Notes under the pieces: generated by a model | Database searches by the model: none | Told to the model about the DNA's origin: nothing | The model's input: only the letters and a program-made list of their open reading frames with translations | In this document: piece by piece, positions 28,620 through 37,838 of the stretch | Layout: every line of letters starts with the position of its first letter | Position numbering within the stretch: position 1 is the first letter of the stretch | Made by a program: the position numbers and the translations under genes | DNA from: a bacterium | GTDB taxonomy: Bacteria > Bacteroidota > Ignavibacteria > UBA10030 | Length of the DNA: 64,000 bases | Assembly: GCA_043803945.1 (NCBI GenBank) | Contig: JAZDJN010000038.1 | Coordinates: forward strand, 1-64,000 | Reading direction: 5' to 3'

Positions 28620-30122
28620 ATGAATTTCCAGGCCATTGATTGGATTATTCTGGTTCTCTACCTCGGAGCCTCGGTGTTTATCGGTATCTGGGCAAAGCGG
28701 TACGTCGAAAATGTGGAGGGTTATTTTGTCGCCGGCAGACGGGTGAAAGTCGCTCTGGGTACGGCAACCCTGATTGCCACAGAGATCGGCATAGTCACCT
28801 TTATGTATTTAGGTGAACTCGGCTATGTCACAGGGTTTTCCTGCTTCTGGCTGGGGATCAATGGAGTGATTGGTTATCTGATTATTGGCAAAACCGGTTT
28901 TATTGTTTCGGAGCTGCGACGGTTAAAAGTAATGACCATTCCGGAATTCTATGAAATCCGGTTTAGTAAGAATGTGAGGCTGCTCGGCGGGATACTTCTC
29001 TTCCTGGGCGGTGTCTTGAACATGGGTGTCTTTCTCAAAATGGATGGAATCTTTCTCACTGAGACCATGGGATTCAGTCCGGATGTGCTCACGATTGTCA
29101 TGATCGTAATGCTTCTCATTGTAATCACCTACACAGTGTTAGGGGGGATGTTCTCTGTGGTCATCACAGACTTTATCCAGTTTGTTGTTCTCACCATCGG
29201 TATGCTCATTGCGACAATTTTTACTCTGACCCATGTCAGCTTCAGCGATATTGCCACAGCGGTCACTTCAACATATGGTGATGCCGGTGTGAATCCTGTT
29301 GTGAATCCGCGGTTTGGATGGATGTTTCTCATCTGGATTCTTCTCGGCAGTGTTGGTGCTTCTGCCTTGAATCAGCCGGCAACAACAAAAGCACTGGCGT
29401 CGGAAAATGCGGAGGCAGGAAGAAAAATATTTCTCTTTGCCGGTATCACGCTTGCAGGCAGATACATTATTCCGATGTTTTGGGGCGCTGCGGCATTGGC
29501 GATGTTCGGTCCGAATCTTAGTCCAACACTGGCGATGCCGAAACTGCTGGGGGCGGTGGTTCCTTCTGGATTTCTTGGACTCATGATTGCAGGTATGCTT
29601 GCCGCATCCATGTCGACCTATAGTGCCTATATGCTTGCCTGGAGTTCGGTAGCAACACGTGATATTATTGCGCCGTTAAGGAGGAAGGAGATGAGCGAGA
29701 AAACCATGATTTTGCTGAGCCGGGCGATTTCGACGGTCATCGGAATTTTTATTCTGGTGTTTGGGCTCTGGTATGAGATTCCTGCAACAGCCTTCCAATA
29801 TATCGCACTGACAGGAGCGATGTATGCTGCAGGCGCCTTTGGCTGTGTGGCGTTTGGCCTGTACTGGAAGAAGGCCAATGCCGTTGGGGCCTATAGTGCA
29901 TTAGCTCTTGGTGCCTTTTCACCTCTTAGTTTTCTGGTGCTCGAACAATTTAAAGAGAGTCTGCCGCAGAGCATCGTCTGGCTTGTCGATGTCAATATTT
30001 CCGGTTTCCTGAGTTTTGTACTTGCAGTAGCGGGTATGGTTGTGGGTTCGTTGCTGACGACGGGCAAAGTTCCACCGCGCCCGCTTCCAACACCATCAGC
30101 AAGGGAAGGAGTAGTGTTATGA
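28620..30122 (+). CDS. Sodium:solute symporter (SSS family)
   Basis: YFVAGR, TIPEFY..RF, YTVLGGM.SVV.TD..Q, AASMST; many TM segments. Confidence 0.92.
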   Translation: MNFQAIDWIILVLYLGASVFIGIWAKRYVENVEGYFVAGRRVKVALGTATLIATEIGIVTFMYLGELGYVTGFSCFWLGINGVIGYLIIGKTGFIVSELRRLKVMTIPEFYEIRFSKNVRLLGGILLFLGGVLNMGVFLKMDGIFLTETMGFSPDVLTIVMIVMLLIVITYTVLGGMFSVVITDFIQFVVLTIGMLIATIFTLTHVSFSDIATAVTSTYGDAGVNPVVNPRFGWMFLIWILLGSVGASALNQPATTKALASENAEAGRKIFLFAGITLAGRYIIPMFWGAAALAMFGPNLSPTLAMPKLLGAVVPSGFLGLMIAGMLAASMSTYSAYMLAWSSVATRDIIAPLRRKEMSEKTMILLSRAISTVIGIFILVFGLWYEIPATAFQYIALTGAMYAAGAFGCVAFGLYWKKANAVGAYSALALGAFSPLSFLVLEQFKESLPQSIVWLVDVNISGFLSFVLAVAGMVVGSLLTTGKVPPRPLPTPSAREGVVL

Positions 30123-30253
30123 CGCCAGGCACATTGGTTTGGATTATCGTATTTCTGATCTCTGTGTTACTCTTTTTTGGTGCGGCTGGATTCATCACAG
30201 TTCAGGGAATTAAAGACCTGCGTGATTTATTGAAACGATCAGAGAAGGAATAA
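30119..30253 (+). CDS. 44-aa single-TM protein, probable symporter accessory subunit
   Basis: MTPGTLVWIIVFLISVLLFFGAAGFITVQGIKDLRDLLKRSEKE; ATGA overlap with the SSS stop; RBS aaggag. Confidence 0.7.
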   Translation: MTPGTLVWIIVFLISVLLFFGAAGFITVQGIKDLRDLLKRSEKE

Positions 30254-30288
30254 TGTCGCTGGGTTTTTTCTGTTATTTCCTATCATTG

Positions 30289-30346
30289 TCTGAACCATGA
30301 TTTTCATGATTTACTCGATAATAAGGATGGAATTCCATAATTCAGA
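30289..30346. repeat. tctgaaccatgatt repeat downstream of GxxExxY
   Basis: tctgaaccatgattttcatgatt with partial inverse ccataattcaga. Confidence 0.7.
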
Positions 30347-30355
30347 TAACTGATA

Positions 30356-30760
30356 CTATTCCTGATTGGGGCGATATTTCTTGTTGTGAAGTCTTTTAAA
30401 CTCCAGGCTTTTCGCGCCGAAATTTATGAGCAAGCCCACTTCTAAATTATATGCCTCAAGATAATTCAAAGCTTGAGCTAAATGAACATCCTCTAGTTTG
30501 ATCACTGCTTTCAATTCCACACTGATCTTCTCTTCCACCAGGAAATCGACACGGCGGATTCCTACTTCTATGTCATCGTAGAAAATTGGCATTTCAAATT
30601 CTCTGGCAAAGTTGAGTTGATTCTTCGCCAACTCAATTTGCATACATCTTTGATAGATTACTTCTTGAAATCCATTCCCGAGTGTGTTGTGCACCCGCAT
30701 CGCACAGCCGATGATTCTTTCGGTTATGTCTTTGTATTTCAAATCAGGTGTCTGAACCAT
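30356..30760 (-). CDS. GxxExxY protein (PD-(D/E)XK-like)
   Basis: VHNTLGNGFQEVIYQ, RVDFLVE...VELK, Q.LNYL, GLLINFG. Confidence 0.92.
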   Translation of the reverse strand: MVQTPDLKYKDITERIIGCAMRVHNTLGNGFQEVIYQRCMQIELAKNQLNFAREFEMPIFYDDIEVGIRRVDFLVEEKISVELKAVIKLEDVHLAQALNYLEAYNLEVGLLINFGAKSLEFKRLHNKKYRPNQE

Positions 30761-30954
30761 GATTTACATGATTGAAAGATTACCAGGATGATTATTTACC
30801 ATGATTTATACGATTGTAGGATTGCCGGTATGATTATGTACCATGAGTCACACGATTGAAAGATTACAGGATGATTGTCTGTTAATTTATTGCCTTCGCC
30901 TTATTGTATTTATTCATCATGATAATCTCTAAATCCAAATAATCCCGGTTCAGA
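30751..30954. repeat. Three 42-bp tandem units (30756, 30798, 30840) plus an inverted copy (30915-30954)
   Basis: accatgatt...gatt...gatt...atgatt units; inverse reads tctgaaccgggattatttggatttagagattatcatgatg. Confidence 0.85.
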
Positions 30955-31113
30955 TTTCTTTTCTACTGGACTTATTCCTTTTTCACTGGACAAGCTGTGT
31001 TCGCTCTCGAATGTATTATGGCAAAAATGTAAAGTCAATTAACCAGCATGAAAAGCTAACATCGCAAATATCTTTTTATCGATCTATTCAGCTAATGATA
31101 TCAATGGCTGTAC

Positions 31114-31149
31114 AAAAGAAAACCCCTGGAGTCCAGGAGCTTTCTTTTT
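31114..31149 (-). terminator. Intrinsic terminator after the M3 peptidase gene
   Basis: aaaagaaaacccctgga g tccaggagctttctttt hairpin. Confidence 0.65.
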
Positions 31150-31171
31150 CAAGTGAGTAATCAGTGCAAGT

Positions 31172-33280
31172 CTATTTCAGCCCACGTTTTTCCAACAGCG
31201 GCTCAACCGATGGCTCGCGGCCGCGGAATTTTTTATACATCGACATCGCTTCCTCGGTTCCTCCTTTTTCAAGAATGTTTTTCCGGAACGATGTCGCTGT
31301 TGCCTGATCAAAAATTCCTTTTTCTTTGAATGCTGAAAAAGCGTCGGTATCGAGCACTTCGCTCCAAATGTAACTGTAATATCCCGCCGAGTAGCCGCCT
31401 GCGAAAATATGCTGGAAGTACGGGCTCCGATAGCGCGGTGGAATTTCCTTGATCAATCCAATCTTGTTCAACGATGCTTGCTCAAATGCGGCAGCGTCTC
31501 CTTCCGGTGCTTTGGTGATCGTGTGCCAATTCATGTCGAGCAACGAAGCAGCCAGATATTCCACAGTAATAAATCCTTGATTGAACTTCTCGGCGTTCTG
31601 CATTTTCTCAATCAGGTTGTCAGGAATCGGCTCGCCTGTTTTCCAGTGCCGGGCATAGTTTTTCAGAACCTCTTTCTGAAATGCCCAGTGTTCCATGATC
31701 TGAGAAGGGAGCTCGACAAAGTCCTGAGGAACACCGGCCAGGCCGCGATACTTGATCCGGGAGAGCAGTGAATGTAATCCATGGCCAAACTCGTGGAAAA
31801 GGGTCTCCACCTCTTCCAGGCGCAGCAGCGCAGGAGTTGTGGCAGTCGGCCGTGTAAAGTTGCAGACATTCACGACGATGGGGCGAATATCTATGCCATC
31901 CCGTATTTGCTGACCGCGGAAGCGGCTCGACCATGCGCCACCTCGCTTGCCGGGACGTGGATGGTAATCGACTAGAAAGACTCCAAGATGTGAACCGTCG
32001 GAATCGAGTACTTCGAACGTCTTTACTTCACTATGATATTTCGGGAGATCGGTTCTCTCTTTGAAAGTAAGCCCGTATAACCGGTTTGCAACGTAGAATG
32101 CACCATCCCGAACATTGTCAAGTGAGAAATACTGGCTCACTTCGTTTTCATCGAGTGCATAACGCTCCATCTTTACTTTCTCTGCATAGTATCGCCAGTC
32201 CGACGGCGCAAGCGAAAACTTGCCCCCTTCCTTGTTAATCATCTTCTGCAAATCGATCGCTTCCTTTTTCGCGACAGCAAGCGCCGGAGTCCAGAGTTGA
32301 TTTAAAAGTTTGTAGGCTCCCTCCGGAGTCTTTGCCATTCGTTCTTCAAGAACAAAGTGAGCGTGTGATGGGAAGCCAAGGGTGGCAGCACGGTCTGCAC
32401 GGAGTGAAGCGATTTTGGTAAGCAGAGTGTTATTGTCCTGTTGATTGCCATGGTCGCATCGCTTAAGATAGGCGGTGAGGATTTGTTCACGCAACTCCTG
32501 GTTTTGAGCATATGTGAGGAACGGCCAGATACTCGGTGCCTGCAGGGTGTACACCCACTTACCTTCCATGCTGGCTGCCTTCGCCGATTGTGCACCGGCG
32601 GCGATAACGCCTTCCGGCAGTCCGGCGAGATCGCTCTTTTTCTCAAGGACCAGTCGATAGGCATTAGTCTCCTTAAGGAGATTTTCAGCAAAGCGGAGGC
32701 CGAGAAGAGAGAGCTCTTCATTAATTGCCCTCAACGTCTTTTTCTTTTCGTCGGGTAAATTGGCTCCGCCCCGAACGAAATTCTTATGGGTCTCCTCGAG
32801 TAGTCTCAACTGATCAGGAGCGAGTTGAAGATTCGAGCGCTTTTCCCAGACACTCTTCACACGTTGAAACAGCTTCTCATTGAGCAGGATGTCATCCTGC
32901 AATGCTGTAAGCTTTGGCGCGGTTTGTTTTGCAATATCCTGCAATCGACTGTTGGTTTCAGCAGAATTCAAATTACTGAAGACGGAAGAAACTTTCTCAA
33001 GTAACGCGCCGGAGTAATTGAGAGCCTCAATGGTGTTAGCAAAGGTTGGTGCATCGGCGTTGGAAATAATCGCATCGATCTCTTTACGGCGTTCGGCGAT
33101 TGCCTGGTCGTAAGCAGGAAGAAAATGCTCTTCCTTGATCTGGTTGAAGGGAGGTATGCCGAATGGAGTTGCCCATTGCATCAATAAGGGATTTTGTCCC
33201 TGGGGCTGCGGAACCGATTGAGCAGAAAGCGTTGCGGTCATACTGCACATCAAACCAATCCATATATATGATTTAAGCAT
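31172..33280 (-). CDS. dcp: M3 family metallopeptidase (peptidyl-dipeptidase Dcp-like), secreted
   Basis: NPLL, KRGGAW, LFHEFGHGLH, DFVELPSQ, GYSAGYYSY. Confidence 0.92.
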   Translation of the reverse strand: MLKSYIWIGLMCSMTATLSAQSVPQPQGQNPLLMQWATPFGIPPFNQIKEEHFLPAYDQAIAERRKEIDAIISNADAPTFANTIEALNYSGALLEKVSSVFSNLNSAETNSRLQDIAKQTAPKLTALQDDILLNEKLFQRVKSVWEKRSNLQLAPDQLRLLEETHKNFVRGGANLPDEKKKTLRAINEELSLLGLRFAENLLKETNAYRLVLEKKSDLAGLPEGVIAAGAQSAKAASMEGKWVYTLQAPSIWPFLTYAQNQELREQILTAYLKRCDHGNQQDNNTLLTKIASLRADRAATLGFPSHAHFVLEERMAKTPEGAYKLLNQLWTPALAVAKKEAIDLQKMINKEGGKFSLAPSDWRYYAEKVKMERYALDENEVSQYFSLDNVRDGAFYVANRLYGLTFKERTDLPKYHSEVKTFEVLDSDGSHLGVFLVDYHPRPGKRGGAWSSRFRGQQIRDGIDIRPIVVNVCNFTRPTATTPALLRLEEVETLFHEFGHGLHSLLSRIKYRGLAGVPQDFVELPSQIMEHWAFQKEVLKNYARHWKTGEPIPDNLIEKMQNAEKFNQGFITVEYLAASLLDMNWHTITKAPEGDAAAFEQASLNKIGLIKEIPPRYRSPYFQHIFAGGYSAGYYSYIWSEVLDTDAFSAFKEKGIFDQATATSFRKNILEKGGTEEAMSMYKKFRGREPSVEPLLEKRGLK

Positions 33281-33579
33281 TGTGCTGTGCTCCTTTCGAG
33301 AAGGGAAGTGTGAGGGAAAGATGGTCGAATATCAGAGAACAGGCATTGGAAAAAAATCCGGATCGCTGGCAATGCCACTTCAAGCCGAAATTCCGGTTTG
33401 AATATAGGAGAATATCAGTGAAAACTCCAAAAAGTCATTGCGAATTGTGAGTGATTTTTTATGGAGAGTCTCGTGCAACACTCGTGGAAATTCCCTAAAT
33501 TGGCGCGGTGTGCGGGTGGATTAATTCCCCGTAAGGCATGTGTTATCTTCATCATAGCGTTGAGAGAAGGAGATACCTC

Positions 33580-34689
33580 GTGGCAAGCGTTCGATTGGAA
33601 AATGTGAGGAAAGTATTCGATGGCGGAGTCGTTGCCGTTCATAGCTTCAACCTCGAAATTCAAGATCGTGAATTTGTGGTTCTTGTAGGACCCTCTGGCT
33701 GCGGTAAATCGACAACACTGCGGATGATCGCAGGGCTTGAAGAAGTGACCGAAGGCTCGATCTACATTGACGATAAAGAGGTAAGCAATGTTGAGCCGAA
33801 AGACCGTGATATTGCGATGGTCTTCCAGAACTATGCGCTCTATCCCCATATGACGGTGTTCGAGAATATGGCGTTCGGTTTGAAATTGCGGAAGTACCCA
33901 AAGGATGAAATCCAACGGCGAGTACAGGAAGCCGCGGCAATCCTCGGTATCGAAAGCTATCTCGAACGCAAACCAAAAGCATTATCGGGTGGCCAGCGTC
34001 AGCGTGTTGCTGTCGGCAGAGCCATTGTGCGAAAGCCAAAAGTCTTTCTCTTTGATGAACCGCTCAGTAACCTTGATGCCAAGCTCCGTGTTCAAATGCG
34101 TATTGAGATTTCCAAATTGCATCAGACCCTCGGGGCGACAATGATTTACGTGACCCATGATCAAACCGAAGCAATGACCATGGCCGATAAGATCGTCTTG
34201 ATGAAGGATGGACACATTCAGCAAATTGACACACCGCTCAATATTTACAATTATCCTCAGAATATGTTTGTTGCGGGTTTTATCGGAAGTCCGACAATGA
34301 ATCTTATCCCGGGAGTTATTGCCAAAACGAAAGGTCTTGTCTTTATTGAGCATGAAGCCCAGAATAAACTTCCTCTTTCGAAATCATTCGAGAAACGATT
34401 GGCACCGTACATTGATAAAGAGGTTGTTCTGGGATTGCGGCCTGAGCACATCCAAATCATGAAAAGTTCGGTCCGTGGCGCTCGTTCAAATGGCATCGAT
34501 GTAAACATCGAGGTTGTTGAGCCGATGGGGAATGAAATTTTTGTATATTTCACTACAGTTCAGCGTGGCAAACAATTGGTCTCCCGGATGCATAATGAGC
34601 TGTCTGTTCCTGTCGGTTCCGCAGCACGTTTATCGTTCGATTTATCCAAGGCTCACTTTTTCGATAAAGAAACGGAAAAGGTTATCTGA
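33580..34689 (+). CDS. MalK/UgpC/MsmX-type sugar ABC ATPase
   Basis: GPSGCGKST, VFQNYALYPH, LSGGQRQR, DEPLSNLDAKLR; RBS aaggag before GTG 33580. Confidence 0.93.
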   Translation: MASVRLENVRKVFDGGVVAVHSFNLEIQDREFVVLVGPSGCGKSTTLRMIAGLEEVTEGSIYIDDKEVSNVEPKDRDIAMVFQNYALYPHMTVFENMAFGLKLRKYPKDEIQRRVQEAAAILGIESYLERKPKALSGGQRQRVAVGRAIVRKPKVFLFDEPLSNLDAKLRVQMRIEISKLHQTLGATMIYVTHDQTEAMTMADKIVLMKDGHIQQIDTPLNIYNYPQNMFVAGFIGSPTMNLIPGVIAKTKGLVFIEHEAQNKLPLSKSFEKRLAPYIDKEVVLGLRPEHIQIMKSSVRGARSNGIDVNIEVVEPMGNEIFVYFTTVQRGKQLVSRMHNELSVPVGSAARLSFDLSKAHFFDKETEKVI

Positions 34690-34921
34690 GGCATTGGGGG
34701 AAGCTAAGGGGGATCATCGAGGACAAAGAATAACACATTCATTATTCGCACCTCCATGGAACTCAGCAATGAGCAGTTTTTCGACCGAGCTTCATTGAAT
34801 ATTGATGAATCTGGAACCAAAATCTTTTATCATGGTTGCACCTCAACAGGAGAGGTCTTACATTATATCAGAATAACTTACGATGCGGTATTTCCATTAA
34901 CATTTTTAGAAAGGTGTCCTA

Positions 34922-35293
34922 ATGAGAATCATTTCAATTGCTCTTTGTCTCATCCTTATCGTGGGGATTGGCCTCGCACAGAATAAAAAAACCGAGTCCA
35001 TCAGACTCTCGGTCACCGGCATGACCTGTGGGGGGTGTGCCTCAACAGTGACGAACGCACTCAAGGCTGTCGAGGGTGTTCAGAATGTCAAGGTCAACCT
35101 TGAAGAGGGGATTGCCAACGTCGACCTGAAGCCCGATGGCAAGGTTGCTCCTGAAACACTCATCAAGGCGGTCACTGAAGCAGGCTATGAGGCTTCGCTG
35201 GCGAAACAGGAAGCTCCGAAGAAAGAGATGACCGAGAAGAAGGAGAAAAAAGAGAAAAAGGAAGTCAAGAAAAAAGAGACAAAGAAAATTTGA
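34922..35293 (+). CDS. Periplasmic heavy-metal-associated (MerP/CopZ-like) protein with Lys/Glu-rich tail
   Basis: Signal peptide; GMTCGGC; AGY. Confidence 0.88.
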   Translation: MRIISIALCLILIVGIGLAQNKKTESIRLSVTGMTCGGCASTVTNALKAVEGVQNVKVNLEEGIANVDLKPDGKVAPETLIKAVTEAGYEASLAKQEAPKKEMTEKKEKKEKKEVKKKETKKI

Positions 35294-35327
35294 GTTAGGC
35301 TCTTTCGTTCTTCCAGGAGTTGTAATC

Positions 35328-35361
35328 ATCCGCTCGAAGTTTTTTCGAGTGGATTTTTTTT
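35328..35361 (+). terminator. Intrinsic terminator
   Basis: atccgctcgaa/ttcgagtggat followed by a T-run. Confidence 0.75.
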
Positions 35362-35364
35362 GCG

Positions 35365-36237
35365 TTACGATGGCTCGCTTCTCTTTTTACCTATTCCCGA
35401 TTTAAACATCATAAACGAAGTATAGAAGATCACTCCGAGAACAATCCATTTGAGATAGAGAAGATCGATCGAAGTGACCAGATACGCCGCAATCAACACC
35501 CCCGGTATACCGCCCACTGTCAATGCCATCGCAGCATTTCTGTTGTAGGCCTTTTCCTTAATGAATTTCCCTCCTGCGGCAGGCATCAGAAAAGCACATG
35601 CCCCCATCATAATGGGAAACGCTGCCAGCGGGCTCATTCCCAGCGCATAAACAAGTGCCATACACGGGGCATAGAAGCCGACACCGATGGTCATTAGCGA
35701 TCCAAGGATGAATGTACTGACGATAGCACTTAAGAGTTTCCATTCTTGCAGGCCTACGGCATCACCTCCTGTTGGATAGAGATTGAGTAATCCGGCGAGA
35801 AGTGCAATTGCGACGGCAAGGAGAGCAAACCCCATTCCGAATTGAATTGCCTTTTCAGGCAACTTTGATACGATCCCGGCTCCCAACACTGCACCTGCCA
35901 CTGAAGAAATAAGCAGGCTAATCAGTGTCACCGTTTCGACATCGACGATAGCAATGAAAATGAATGCCTGAGCGATTACGGGAAGGGCATGGCCGACATT
36001 AAGGGTCCCAGGAATATCCTTATCGTCGACGAGATGGAGAAACTTAAAAAATGATGTGGTGGGCGCAAAGCTTCCGATGCCAAGGGTATCGAAAAAGTTT
36101 GTGCCAAATCCAATGCTTCCCAAGGCCGGCAGCCGTTTGCCTTCAATGAGGTTTCTATGCTTGTGCCAATCCCAGGCGAAGTACAGAAAGTAGAGTGTTG
36201 TGATAATTCCAAGAACGATGAGTAAAATCGTGATCAT
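35365..36237 (-). CDS. TauE/SafE (sulfite exporter-like) permease
   Basis: NFFDTLGIGSFAPT, IPGTLN, GVGFYAP, AFPIMMG. Confidence 0.85.
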   Translation of the reverse strand: MITILLIVLGIITTLYFLYFAWDWHKHRNLIEGKRLPALGSIGFGTNFFDTLGIGSFAPTTSFFKFLHLVDDKDIPGTLNVGHALPVIAQAFIFIAIVDVETVTLISLLISSVAGAVLGAGIVSKLPEKAIQFGMGFALLAVAIALLAGLLNLYPTGGDAVGLQEWKLLSAIVSTFILGSLMTIGVGFYAPCMALVYALGMSPLAAFPIMMGACAFLMPAAGGKFIKEKAYNRNAAMALTVGGIPGVLIAAYLVTSIDLLYLKWIVLGVIFYTSFMMFKSGIGKKRSEPS

Positions 36238-36654
36238 AAAATATTCCTTGTAGCACATCACCTCTCATATGCCATTACTTATTGTCTGGGTTGTCGGTAA
36301 ATAGAAGAACCAACTGTGGGATCTTTTGAAGCCATCGGGCATACCCTGCATTATAGGGTGGAACTCAAATGATCCAACTGGTGTCGTGTATAGTACTAAA
36401 AGAGAAAAGCGATTTCAAGAAATATCCTCACTAATTATTCAATGCTTTTTCTTTTTTTTCCGGTTACTCTCATGGTTGAATATCGGTATTTTTACAATTA
36501 CCTTCCTTTCGATTCATACACAATAAATTGACGGTGTCCACCATTGGATCGTGCAATTCTCTGTTATGGAAATATCATCTCAACTCGCACAACAATGAAT
36601 CAATCCTAGATTAGATCATGTCATATCATATCCCAACGCTCTAAAGGAGGCTCT

Positions 36655-37827
36655 ATGAAGTTACAGCGAACATTGAAGATGGGGATGATTGGAGGGGGGC
36701 CTGATGCATTTATTGGCGAGGTTCATCGGAAAGCCGCACGCATGGATGGCGGTGTCGATATCGTCGCCGGTGTTTTTAGCCGCAACGCCGAAAAATCGCA
36801 TCAAACCGGACAACAGCTTCTCCTGGATCCTAAAAGAATCTATACAAGCTATGAAGAGCTCATCGCGAAAGAACGGCAATTGCCAGAGGGGGAGCGTGTA
36901 GATTTTGTGGCTCTTGTGACACCAAACAATTCCCACTTCCCGATTGCAAAGGCGCTCCTGGAGTCGGGCTTCCATGTGATGTGTGAAAAACCGATGACCT
37001 TCAATGTCGATGAAGCGCGTGAACTGCAGAGCATTGTGCAGCAATCCGTTAAAGTGTTCGGGCTCATGCACAATTACACCGGTTACCCAATGGTAAAACT
37101 TGCCCGGGATATTGTCCGCAATGGTGAGTTAGGTGAGATAAGAAAGATTGTGGTGCAATACCCGCAAGGGTGGCTCTCCACTCCTCTGGAACAAACCGGC
37201 AATGTGCAGGCGGTGTGGCGTACTGATCCGGCACAGAGCGGCGGCGGCGGTGCACTCGGTGATATCGGAACGCATGGCGAAAACCTCTCAGAGTATATCA
37301 CCGGATTGAAGATTACTCATGTCTGTGCCGACCTCACATCATTTGTCCCCGGGCGCAAACTCGATGACGATTGTAATTGTCTCCTTCGCTTCGAGAATGG
37401 GGCAAAGGGACTTCTCCATGTCAGCCAGATCGCCATCGGCGAGGAGAATAATCTGGCAATCTGGATCTATGGCACGAAGAAATCATTGGAATGGCATCAG
37501 GAACATCCGAATCATCTCACGCTCAAAGCACTCGATGGACCGATGGAGGTCTATCGCCGCGGCAATCCGTACATTGGTGCAAAAAGCGCCGCTGCAGCTC
37601 GGGCAACCCGATTGCCTTTCGGTCACCCTGAGGCATTCATTGAAGCATTTGCGAATATCTACTGCAATTTTACCGACACTGTCCGCGCCGCGCTGACTGG
37701 ACAAACACCGGATCCCTTGATTCAAGATTTTCCCAATGTCAATGATGGCTTGCGCGGAATGCTGTTTATCCAATCCGTACTTACCAGTGCCACGAGCTCC
37801 CAGAAATGGACACCAATGTCAACGTAA
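36655..37827 (+). CDS. Gfo/Idh/MocA oxidoreductase (cytoplasmic)
   Basis: GMIGGG..AFIG.VHR, TPNNSH, CEKP, GDIGTH. Confidence 0.92.
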   Translation: MKLQRTLKMGMIGGGPDAFIGEVHRKAARMDGGVDIVAGVFSRNAEKSHQTGQQLLLDPKRIYTSYEELIAKERQLPEGERVDFVALVTPNNSHFPIAKALLESGFHVMCEKPMTFNVDEARELQSIVQQSVKVFGLMHNYTGYPMVKLARDIVRNGELGEIRKIVVQYPQGWLSTPLEQTGNVQAVWRTDPAQSGGGGALGDIGTHGENLSEYITGLKITHVCADLTSFVPGRKLDDDCNCLLRFENGAKGLLHVSQIAIGEENNLAIWIYGTKKSLEWHQEHPNHLTLKALDGPMEVYRRGNPYIGAKSAAAARATRLPFGHPEAFIEAFANIYCNFTDTVRAALTGQTPDPLIQDFPNVNDGLRGMLFIQSVLTSATSSQKWTPMST

Positions 37828-37838
37828 GGAGATGAACG

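Noticed and set aside
30756-30881. 42-bp tandem units as a CRISPR array
   Set aside because: Units are degenerate along their whole length, with no unique spacers and no cas genes
34756-34986. 76-aa ORF upstream of the HMA gene
   Set aside because: Overlaps the HMA start out of frame and has no recognisable features
35215-35290. AG-rich run as a DNA repeat element
   Set aside because: Explained by the Lys/Glu-rich coding tail of the HMA protein
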